Origin: Vicugna vicugna
Taxonomy: Eukaryota
Assembly (NCBI GenBank): GCA_013265495.1
Contig: MU058714.1
Coordinates: 434,001-498,000 of the forward strand
Direction: 5' to 3'
DNA: 64,000 nt
Every line of letters begins with the position of its first letter. The first letter of the stretch is position 1. Both the position numbers and the translations under genes were made by a program. Shown piece by piece: positions 40,401-49,249 of the stretch. The notes beneath the pieces are model-generated. The model did no database searches, was not told the DNA's origin, and worked only from the letters and a program-made list of their open reading frames with translations.

Positions 40401-43400
40401 CCCTCGGCCCTTAAGAGCAGGGAAAGGAGGAATGTGGGTCTCATTTTCTTAATGGTCTGACTGCCTATGACAAAGGGTGGGCTGTTTTTACGGGCTGCTA
40501 ATTTCATGCAATTATTTGCCAGGAGGCAGCAGAATGTCAAAGATGCCAGCCTCGGTCTGTGTGGCTTTATCACCCGGAGGACCACCCAATGGGAGACAGA
40601 GACACTCAGCGGGAGGCTGGTCCACAGCTGGTGTGAGCCAAGCAAGGTCAGGCTTGGTGGATGCCCAGGGCGTGGAGACCTTTGCTGGCACCCTTGGGAG
40701 GGGGCCTATGGGCTTCCCTGGGTGGCTGGGACCATAACAGGTCCACTGATGTTCCCTAAGGATGCTCTGATTCGGGGGCATTGATTGTATGAACCTGGAA
40801 GGAAGACCCCTGACCCCAGCAGAAGCTGCTGGTCCACTTCCCAGAGGGTCAGCTGAGGCCTGAGAGGTGAGATGAGGCTCCTGGCGTGGCAGACACAGAG
40901 GGAGTGAGACCAAGAGGAGAGGAGGCTGTTAGCGGGGGGGGGGGGGAGAGGNNNNNNNNNNNNNNNNNNNNNNNNNNNNNNNNNNNNNNNNNNNNNNNNN
41001 NNNNNNNNNNNNNNNNNNGGCGGTACCTCATGCACTCCACGTTGGGATTGCCTTCGCCTCGGAAGAACTGATTGCCTCTATCTGTCCGAACCACATCCTT
41101 GTCCACGGTGAACTGCACGTTTCGCCAGAATGCTCTGTGCTCCTCAGGGGTCATGGAGAGCCTGGCACGGAGCAGAGCGCCCGCCGGGGTCAGCAAGGCA
41201 CACGCTCCAGGCCAGCGGGGCGTCCCTCCCAGCCCGGCTCGCGGTTGGGAACTAGGGCCGCTGGCAAACCCTCCAGCTCCCACTGACTTGCAGGGGCGGG
41301 GGCGGAGGTGGGATAGGAGTCCACGGCTTTCCCAGCGTGAACACGGCCTCACGCGTCCCAGCGTCCTGGCAGAGGCCCGAACAGACCTCAGCGGTCCAAG
41401 CTCCCTGCCGCCCCCAAGGCCCCGCTGCCACCCCGGCGTTGAGCGGTGGGATGTCAGCGCCTCGTTAAGTCTGTTGAAAAAGAATTCTAAAACCTTGACA
41501 TGCGAGCTAAAGAGAGCCAGTCCCGGGGCCGGGAGCTGGGGTAATGGGGTAATTAGACACTTATCCTGCCCCATCGCTCACGGTCCTGGGAGACCCATTT
41601 TCCAAGGAAACTATGGGTCACGGAACATATTATCAGTGCTGAATTGCGCCTCAAATTGCCTTTCCAAATGGCATTTCCCTCCGCGGCTCGGGGTGGGTTT
41701 CCCTCCGCGGCTCGGGGAGCCCGGCCGGGCGCCTCGGTCACCTCTTCTGCTGGATCTCGGCGTACTCCCTTCTCTTCTGCGCCCGCAGCGCCTCCCTCTC
41801 CTCCGACGTCGACTCGTGGCTGTAATAACGCAGCAGGAAGGGCCAGACCTCCCCCCGGATTGACACATCAATGCCGCCGAAGAAAATGGCCTGGAGGAAG
41901 CGGCAAAAGTTGGGGAGGGGCCAGAGCAGGGCCGCTCAAAGCACCCCCAAATCCCCGGAGATCTGTGTTTTGGTGGCTTTGCTTCGCCTTCTTGACAACT
42001 GACGCCTTGATTCAGATCGCTGCAATTTGCACATGTTTGGAAGGGGAAAGTGCCGGCCCCCCATTCCCATACAGGACACAAACCAGGCTCATTTCAATGT
42101 CAATGCCCCCCCTGGTGCGGCGCTCAGATTAACCTGTCGTTCTCACGTCAGGGCCTAATCCCGGTTTTGGAAATGCGGCGCGGGCTGCGAGTTCTTCTAT
42201 ACAGGCTGGCGCGGGGTCCCCCAAACCCGCTCCGGAGGCGGCTTTTTCATCGCAGCGGCTTTGACTGCTCTATCGGCCGTGTTCGCACAGCCCCCGCGCC
42301 CGGGCCCGGACCCCGCCCCGCCCGCGGGCGCGCCGGGCCTCACCTTGCGCAGCTTGTACTCCTCCTGCACCTGGCCCAGCGCGTTCAGGTGGCGCAGCCA
42401 GGCCGCCACGTCCAGCCTGCGGTACATGCTCTCCTCGGGGTGCGTCTCGGAGGACGGCAGTTTGGGACGCCGGATGGAGAACTGCATGCACATCTTTTCG
42501 TCGGCGACCTGCTGGACGGGAGGACAGCCGCCGGGGAAGATCAGTGTCTCGGACGCCCGGCTTTCAAGCCAACCGCGCTCTTGGCGGGATGTAAAAGCCT
42601 CCCTCTCTCTTCCGAAGGAGGAGGACGCGTCTCCCCTGCACACAAACCCCTAAATGGCAAGTGTAATTAGACGCAATTACAATGAAAATGCCATCCTCTT
42701 ACCACGGTCCCCCTCGCGCTCCCGGGTCCCGGCCCACTCCCACCCGGCGCCGCCCCCCACTCTCGCTCCAACCCGCCGCAAAGACGGAATTAATGCCTCG
42801 GACGGCCAGCTTCCCTCTGCCGGGAGGGCCTGCAATAAATTACATGTGATTGGCCACATACAAAGGGATGGCTGTTTTGCGAGCGGGGAGCCCGCCTGTC
42901 AGGTTGTCTCCACGGGCAGTCAGGGACCCAGGGCAAAACTGCAGCTGACATTTAATTCAAAAATCAAAGGTTGTGCAATGTAGGGGGAGAAAAAAGCCAT
43001 GCTACTGTAATGAGGGAAGCCAGCAGGAGGCTCTGTGGGAAGGAAGGGAATTTTAAAGTCAGCCCGTTTCTAATAAGCACATACCGTATCTTAAACAGAT
43101 AATTAAAGAGATTTTATTACATTTGTATGTAGATTGAGCAAAATATGGCGGGATGCCTTGTCAAAACATGATTTTTCAAGTGCGGAGTACTGCCTTTACA
43201 AGAAGCCTGGGTGCATGTTTCAGATCCAAAGTTGCTGCTCTGTGGGTCCCCAGCGACCACGGGTCACACCCACGAGGCCTGGGACTCCGGGGAGAGGGCC
43301 CATGTCCGAAGCCCCTGTTGCAGGGGAGGGGGTTCGGGAGAGGAGGGGGTTCTCAGCAGCCAGGTCCCTCCAGGGGCGGGGTCTCCCTCCCCTGCGGGCA

Positions 43401-44726
43401 GCACCCATCCCTCCTCCGGGCTACCTGGTCTTTGAGGTGCGTCTCTGCGCAGTATTTCCACTGCTGAAGGACGTCGGGCAGCTTGTCCAAGCCTCCGTGG
43501 TGGAAGTGAAAGACCTTGTACTGGCTCTCCCGGCTGGCGACGACCAGCTGGCCGCTGGTGCAGGCCTCATCGCTGGGCGGCCATTGGAGGCGGGGGAGGA
43601 AAGACTGATGAATATGTAAACACCGGTTTGTATTTCCAAGTATAATCAGAGGCTGCCTTCGCTGACCTCAGAGGCAGGAAACAGAAAGTCCCCCTGGAGT
43701 TTGGCTGCTGGCGGCAAGGGGACAGAATTATGCCCCAACAGAAGCCATCACCCCCTTTGCTGAAGAAGGCAAAGCAGCTCCCTCCTGGGGAAGCCCTGGG
43801 TTGGACTATCCTGGCTCTGGGAGACCTGCCAGTGGGGCCTCCTGCCCGCCGGACATCCTCCCTTCTCTCCAGGAGACCCCAGGGTGGATGCTCTGAGGTG
43901 GAATCCACTAAGGGACGCCCCTCCAGCGGGCTTCCCCACCCAGCACGTATGGCACTTTGGGAGAATCCTCCAGGGAATTTCACTACACACGCCTCAGGGC
44001 CGTCGCCTGAACTTGGCTGCCCTTCCGTGAAAGGCGGGATGTGGCTCAGGGTCTGGGAACCCCATAGAGACATGCCTGCTTCTTCTAAACACAGATCTTC
44101 GGCTGGTGCTGTTCTGCGGCTGGGCCACTCTGCCTTTCGGGAAGAGAGACTTGAGGTGGCTGCTAGGCAGGGAACTAATAGGGGTGGAAGGAATCATGAA
44201 GGAAATGGTGCCTCCCTCTAGAAAGCCACGGTCTGTCCTGAGCACTTGCCCAGCTGCGGGGCCGCTGGGTGGGTGACCGGGAGCAGCCTGCAGCTCCCAC
44301 TTTCTGGGCAGCCCTGGTTTGTCGTCTTCCCCAAACCAGGGCTCCAAGCAATAGCTGCCACCATCACCTTGAAGGCAGAGGAAGGAGTCTGGGAGCTACC
44401 CAGACCCAGCTCCCGTGGGGCAGCCGTAGTGGGGCTCCACTGCCGACCAGACTGGTGATGTTGGGAAGCAGGTGTTTGGGAATCCCAGGGCCCTGGACCC
44501 AAGCACGGCCCCCCAGGACATGGCACACAGGCAGCTTCCAGGACGTGGCCCCGAGGGGCCTCACCTGAAGAAGAGACGGAGGGAACGCATCTGCCCCAGG
44601 TCCACTCGGAACACGCCACAGATCTGCTCCAGGGCACACGCCCGCTGCGGCTCGTCCCAGCGCGGGGGCTGCAGGAGGCCGCTGCCGTCCGGGAACTGCA
44701 GGTGGGCATCCGTGCTGGAGGGAGAG
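34201..44726 (-). CDS. TBC1D16: TBC1 domain family member 16 (Rab-GAP), 5'-partial spliced CDS: join of 44565-44726, 43425-43572, 42344-42511, 41742-41890, 41027-41161, 40021-40207, 37986-38165, 35327-35473, 34201-34449
   Basis: Nine GT-AG exons of 162/148/168/149/135/187/180/147/249 nt splice in frame with no internal stop. The translation has the TBC arginine finger (VDKDVVRTDR), the glutamine finger (GYSQGMSDL) and the C-terminus ...EGFGFRR*, recognised as TBC1D16. Confidence 0.97.
35327..35473 (-). CDS. TBC1D16: TBC1D16 coding exon 11
   Basis: Acceptor CACCAG|A, donor AAG|GTGAGC; encodes TDYFHLFICVAIVAIYGDDVIEQQLATDQMLLHFGNLAMHMNGELVLRK. Confidence 0.96.
37986..38165 (-). CDS. TBC1D16: TBC1D16 coding exon 10
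   Basis: Acceptor CCCCTAG|C, donor CAG|GTGAGC; encodes LYLRELLRLTHLRFYQHLVSLGEDGLQMLFCHRWLLLCFKREFPEAEALRIWEACWAHYQ. Confidence 0.96.
40021..40207 (-). CDS. TBC1D16: TBC1D16 coding exon 9 (glutamine finger)
   Basis: Acceptor CCTCAG|G, donor CTG|GTGAGG; encodes RILLNYAVYNPAIGYSQGMSDLVAPILAEVLDESDTFWCFVGLMQNTIFVSSPRDEDMEKQL. Confidence 0.96.
40952..41018. other. Assembly gap (67 N) in TBC1D16 intron 8
   Basis: N run flanked by G-rich sequence. Confidence 0.99.
41027..41161 (-). CDS. TBC1D16: TBC1D16 coding exon 8 (arginine finger)
   Basis: Acceptor GCCAG|G, donor GAG|GTACCG; encodes LSMTPEEHRAFWRNVQFTVDKDVVRTDRGNQFFRGEGNPNVECM. Confidence 0.95.
41674..41717. repeat. Two exact copies of a 20-mer, period 24
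   Basis: TTTCCCTCCGCGGCTCGGGG at 41674-41693 and 41698-41717. Confidence 0.9.
41742..41890 (-). CDS. TBC1D16: TBC1D16 coding exon 7 (start of TBC domain)
   Basis: Acceptor CTTCCTCCAG|G, donor GAG|GTGACC; encodes AIFFGGIDVSIRGEVWPFLLRYYSHESTSEEREALRAQKRREYAEIQQK. Confidence 0.95.
42344..42511 (-). CDS. TBC1D16: TBC1D16 coding exon 6
   Basis: Tandem acceptor TCCAG|CAG|GTC, donor AAG|GTGAGG; encodes QVADEKMCMQFSIRRPKLPSSETHPEESMYRRLDVAAWLRHLNALGQVQEEYKLRK. Confidence 0.95.
43425..43572 (-). CDS. TBC1D16: TBC1D16 coding exon 5
   Basis: Acceptor CCCAG|C, donor CAG|GTAGCC; encodes DEACTSGQLVVASRESQYKVFHFHHGGLDKLPDVLQQWKYCAETHLKDQ. Confidence 0.95.
44565..44726 (-). CDS. TBC1D16: TBC1D16 coding exon 4 (human numbering)
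   Basis: Acceptor ACCAG|C, donor CAG|GTGAGG; encodes SPSSTDAHLQFPDGSGLLQPPRWDEPQRACALEQICGVFRVDLGQMRSLRLFF. Confidence 0.93.
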
Positions 44727-45029
44727 CTGGTTGAGCGAGTCATGTGAGGGCCACACAGCCACGGGGGAAGGGCAGGGGGGCGGGGGGGAATCATTTAAAC
44801 ACGCGTGCAGGCTTAAACACACTTATAGACATGCCTGGACACGCCAAGCACAGAGAGGCTCTCCAGGGACCCCCATGAATGAACGAATGAAACAGTGAAT
44901 GAATAAATCCTATCACAGGTCATGCCCAATTATACTTTAATGTGGATGGGGAAGCATTTTCATGATTAAATTCTGTTCCACCTCAGTAGAAGCATTAGGT
45001 TGTGGTAATGACAGACAAGGTCCTACTGA

Positions 45030-45515
45030 CTGGGTTTGCGCTCTGGCTGTGTGACCTCGGCAAGTTATCAAGCCTCTCTGAGGCTTTGCTTCCTCCTTTG
45101 CAAAGTGAAGACAGTAACAGAGCTTTGTGTGGAATGAACGGCTGTACAGCGCTCAGCGCTGGGCACCCTGATGTTCAGGGCTTACTAAGAGAAGCTGTTT
45201 CGTGGCCATTCTAGATAGCGTGGGGCTTCCATATGGGTTCAGACTGGTTCAGTATTCTCCTGAAAAAATATTGGTTCTATAAGGAGACACTTGGATTATA
45301 ATACTATTAATACTAAGAGTACACACTTCTTTGGGCCTGGCCCTGTGTCAACCACTTCTCCTGTGCTTTTATCATGTATAATCTTGACAGTAATCCTAGG
45401 AAGTGAGTATGTTATTACCCTCATTGTACAGAAGGGAACTGACGCTCAGAGAGGTCAAGCAACTTGCCCAAACTCACACAGCTAGCAGGTGGTGGAGCTG
45501 GGATTTGAACCCAAA
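45030..45515. mobile_element. Two MIR SINEs in opposite orientation (45030-45170 plus, 45330-45515 minus)
   Basis: gctgtgtgacctcggcaagttatcaagcctctctgag; gctcagagaggtcaagcaacttgcccaaactcacacagctag...ggatttgaacc. Confidence 0.75.
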
Positions 45516-46420
45516 CTTTGTGGCCTATGTCTTCACCAGCGTATTTTACTGTCTCTGAGTTCAAAGTTCAGCAACACAACCTCATTCTTTCATTCTGCTC
45601 CTTTAAAAAAATTCAAAAAATTCATGATTTTGTTTGGCTCCCCAGTTACAAAATATTTTATTACATAGATTCAGCTACACCACAGGTTAAATGCTCTCTC
45701 TTGAGATTTAATGGTAACATCCAGCAGATGCCTGCTACAATAGAGTCAGAGCGAAGGCAACCATGGGTCTGGACCCCAACCCCAGTATCCTGCAGAGCGA
45801 AGACTACAATCACTTTATCCCATTTTCCTGTTTCAGCTGAGAACATAAAAGTATCGGAGGCAGTGAATCCTGAGGCACCTCTTGCTCAGATGGGCACCAG
45901 GTCTCCAAATGAAGCTACTCTGGACCGTTTAAGCACAATGCCTCTAACTCAGAACTTCCTCAAAGGGGAGGCCTGGCCTTTTTAGAACCTTTGCTGCTTC
46001 CAGAACCACACGGGGCCTGGAGTATGGTTCTCCCCTACCTGTCTAAGGAAGTGCGCTGAGCAGGTCCTCCCGTTTCTGAAGGGCACCTGGGCTCTCTCAG
46101 GAAACAGAGAAAGACAGCTGGAGGGGAAGGCAGGTGGACAAGCTGAAGCATACAGCCACACGGCAAACTCGGGCCCAAAAAAGGCTGAGAGATTCCCAGT
46201 CCTCCCAAGGGGACCCTGACCGGGCTGCACGATGCAATGATTGTTTGCAAAACAAGGCAAGCTGCAGGTCTGAAGCCAGCCCCCCACCACGCCGCTCCAC
46301 GCAGCATTCCATAATCTGCTTATTGAACAATGAGGCCACAGCGGCCGGAGAGCATGTGCTTGGCATGCTTTCCCGGCCGGGCTGGCCCATCCGGGCTCGC
46401 CTCCAAGCCCAGCCAGAGGG

Positions 46421-46790
46421 GGCCACCAAAGGGTGGCAGTTTTTCCAGCCCCCCGTCCCCAGTCCTTCCCACCGCCACTCCACACACACACAGGACAGTC
46501 CTCCAAAACCTGCACACCCTTCCCAACACGTGGCATCATGCTCACCCCAGGGGCAGGCCAAGGTGTGCAGAAACCAGAGACAGGATGGACACTCACTCTG
46601 GCAGAGCTCTGGGCAAAGTCACTGCTCCCCTGCTGTGGCGGGAGGAAGGAGCCCCGGAGAGCGGCCCCCCACACCTTCCTGCAGCAACTTGCCCCAGGCG
46701 GAAGTCTGCCTAGACCCTTTTACAACTCCTGAGGGGGAGATTAATTGATTGATTAATTCAAGACATTAAGTTGGGCCCTACAGCTGGGGT
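46421..46790 (+). repeat. Left arm of a local inverted duplication (partner 48234-48620)
   Basis: Reverse complement of 48234-48620 aligns end to end at roughly 85-90% identity by eye, including a 41-nt exact match TGCAGAAACCAGAGACAGGATGGACACTCACTCTGGCAGAG. Confidence 0.95.
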
Positions 46791-47424
46791 TCCACAGTTC
46801 AAACTAGAGCAAATTTGATGGAAGCCTTGATTCTCTGTTACTTAGGGCTTGTCATAGCAGACGACTGTACGGTCATCCAGGTCACCTAGGGCCACAGCTG
46901 TTTCCACCACAAGACCCGTTGCCACGGGGTTGAGGGCTGTATCTCATCTGCTCTTCTGAATCCCCAGCTCCCAGGAACAGGCCTGGCCCAGAACACAGAG
47001 ATGCCATACTCATGTCTGGGCTGAAAATATAAAATGCCTGGGAATCTTGGAGTCATAGAAAAAAAAAGTCAGGAAATAAAATCTCAGGAAAATTGAAATG
47101 TGTGTAGTTTTTATTTTTTATCTTTTTACACATGCAGAGCAATTTGGTTTTAAGACTATTCATATGTGCTGCACAAAATTTGGCTTGTTTGTAAAATTAT
47201 TATTTGTGTTACGTTAAAATCATAAGGAGGGTTTATTTAGGGCAATAACTCCCAATATGCTAAAAGGTAAAAATGCACTACAGACAAAGCCAGAAGAAGC
47301 TAAACGCTCAGAAATACAGCGGTTCTCGGTTTTTGTTACTTTCTGAGGAGCACTGAAATGCAGAAACAGAAATGAGTAGGAAGAGCCAGCTCTGCCACAG
47401 CAAAACATGGCAAGTTTTCTTAAA

Positions 47425-48040
47425 TGTGGCTTCTAGTTCCCAGAGTGGTGTCCACCTCCCCAGCCCTGACCTGGGCTGGCCTCGTGCGTGGCTTTGGCCG
47501 ACAGGATGTAGTGTGTGACGTTCTGTGAGCTTCAGAGCCTGGCGTCAAGAAGCTGCTGCGTTCTCACTCTTGGTACACGCCTGCCGCCGTGCACGGAAGC
47601 CCAGGTGTGAATGACGAGAGATAGGAGGGGAGGGAGACCCAGCGGAGGGCACCAGCGTCCCCAGGCCTCGTGGACACAGGCCATTTCAGACCCTCCACCG
47701 GCCTTGCCCCCGGCTGGTGACCCCTGCTTGAGGAAGGCCAAGAGCACCAGCAGAACCAGCCCACGGGCCCGAGTCCAACCCGAAGGCCTGTGAGCAAGTT
47801 AAAGGCAGTGGTCTGGGGGGAGGGTGCAGCTCAGGGGCAGAGCACATGCTTAGCGTGCACAAGGTCCTGAGTTCAATCCCCAGTGCCTCCATTAAAACAC
47901 ATAAACAAACCTAATTATCTCTCCCTTCCCCAAAAAATAACAAGAAAAAAATGAATGTGATGGGTTTTTTTTAAAGGTGGTGATTTTAAGCTGCTAAGTG
48001 CTGGAGTTGTTTGCTATGCAGCGGTAGGTAACTGAAACAC
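47425..48040 (+). mobile_element. Old MaLR solo LTR (MLT1F/G/H-like), interrupted by a Vic-1 SINE
   Basis: ctgggctggcctcgtgcgtggctttggcc... and a 3' end ttttaagctgctaagtgctggagttgtttgctatgcagcggtaggtaactgaaaca. Confidence 0.7.
47815..47951 (+). mobile_element. tRNA-Ala-derived SINE, Vic-1 type (camelid)
   Basis: GGGGAGGGTGCAGCTCAGGGGCAGAGCACATGCTTAGCGTGCACAAGGTCCTGAGTTCAATCCCCAGTGCCTCCA head with A/B boxes, an AAACCTAATTA body and an A-rich tail. Confidence 0.85.
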
Positions 48041-48233
48041 ACAGGAAGTGTCTGTTCTCAGAAAACGCTTGAGTGGGGAGGAAGAAACTTCCAAAATTAC
48101 TGAGCTGTGGACCTCACAGCCAAAAAGACGTTGCAGCCAGACTCTAACATTTTTAAATATCCAAACTTCTAAGTTGGCTCTTGCTTTTCTTCCTTCTGAT
48201 CCTTCTGAGTCAGCGGAATAGTAAGCCGATAGG

Positions 48234-48620
48234 ACCCCAGCTGTAGGTCCCAAGTATGGTATTTTGAATTAATTAGTTGATCAATTAATTAATGCAAATA
48301 ATTTCCCCCTCAGGAGTTGTAAAAGGGTTTAAGCAGACCTTTGCCTGGAGGCAAGTTGCTGCAGGAAGGTGTTGGGGGGGCCCCCTCTGTGGGGCTCCTT
48401 CCTCCCACCACAGCAGGGGAGCGGTGGCTTTGCCCAGAACTCTGCCAGAGTGAGTGTCCATCCTGTCTCTGGTTTCTGCAAACCTTGGCCTGCCCCCTGG
48501 GGTGAACAGAGCGTGTTGGGAAGGGTGTGCAGGTTTTGGAGGACCGTGCTGTGTGTGTGCGGAGTGGCGGTAGGAAGGACTGGGGGCGGGGGGCTGGAAA
48601 TAATGCCACCTTTGGTGGCC
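48234..48620 (-). repeat. Right arm of a local inverted duplication (partner 46421-46790)
   Basis: Same alignment; ORF-track peptides from 46134..46748(+) and 48285..48683(-) share segments such as PFTTPEGEI. Confidence 0.95.
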
Positions 48621-48624
48621 TCCC

Positions 48625-49240
48625 ATCATTGCCAGAACTTGGAAGTAACCAAGGTATCCTTCGGTAGGTAAATGGATAAACAAACTTTAGTACATCCTGA
48701 CATTGGACTATTTGGTGCTAAAAAGAAATAAGCTATCAAGCCATGAAAAGACATGGAAGAAATTTAAATGGATATTACTAAGTGAAAGAAGCCAATCTGA
48801 AGAGGCCACATACTGTACAACTCCAACTATTTGAGACTTGGAAAAGGCAAAACTATGTAGACAGTAAAAGAATCAGCGGTTGTCAGAGGATGGGGAAGGG
48901 GAAAGGGTGACTAAGTGGAGCAGAGAAAATTCTGAGGGCAGTGAAGCTACTCTGTAGGACACTATAATGGTGGATAAGTGTCATTACAGGTTTGTTAAAA
49001 CTCATAGAATGTACACTGCCAAGAGTGAATCCTAATGTAAACTGTGGACTTCGGGGTATAATGATGTGTCACTGTAGGTACCTCAGATATAACAAACGTG
49101 CCACTCTGGTGGGGATGCGGGTGACGGGGGAGGCTTTGCATGTGTCAGGGCAGACAGTATATGGGAAATCTCTGTACTTTCCCCTCAATTTTGTTATGAA
49201 TGTAAAGCTGCTCCGAAAAATAAAGTCTATTTTTAAAAAA
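48625..49240 (+). mobile_element. L1 3' end fragment (L1MC/MB-like)
   Basis: aatggataaacaaac, ctaagtgaaagaagccaatctga, gtgaatcctaatgtaaactgtggactt, aataaagtctatttttaaaaaa. Confidence 0.85.
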
Positions 49241-49249
49241 CTAAGCAAA

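Larger units (their letters stand above)
41200..42900. promoter_or_regulatory. Intragenic CpG island over TBC1D16 exons 6-7 / putative internal promoter
   Basis: Dense CpG (e.g. 42290-42345 cccccgcgcccgggcccggaccccgccccgcccgcgggcgcgccggg), GC boxes, minus-strand CCAAT at 42849-42853. Confidence 0.65.

Noticed and set aside
47815..47891. tRNA-Ala(AGC)-like sequence (also near 55080 and 61682)
   Set aside because: Stem-disrupting substitutions, a shared non-tRNA 3' body and TSDs mark these as SINEs, not tRNA genes.
46421..48620. Reading the inverted arms as terminal inverted repeats of a DNA transposon
   Set aside because: No adjacent target-site duplication and no transposase remnant; the nearby GCCAGA match on the right belongs to the L1 fragment. 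Not fully excluded without a genome-wide search.
46134..48683. ORFs with similar peptides on opposite strands suggesting a paralogous gene pair
   Set aside because: The similarity comes from the inverted DNA duplication, and indels shift the frames between copies.
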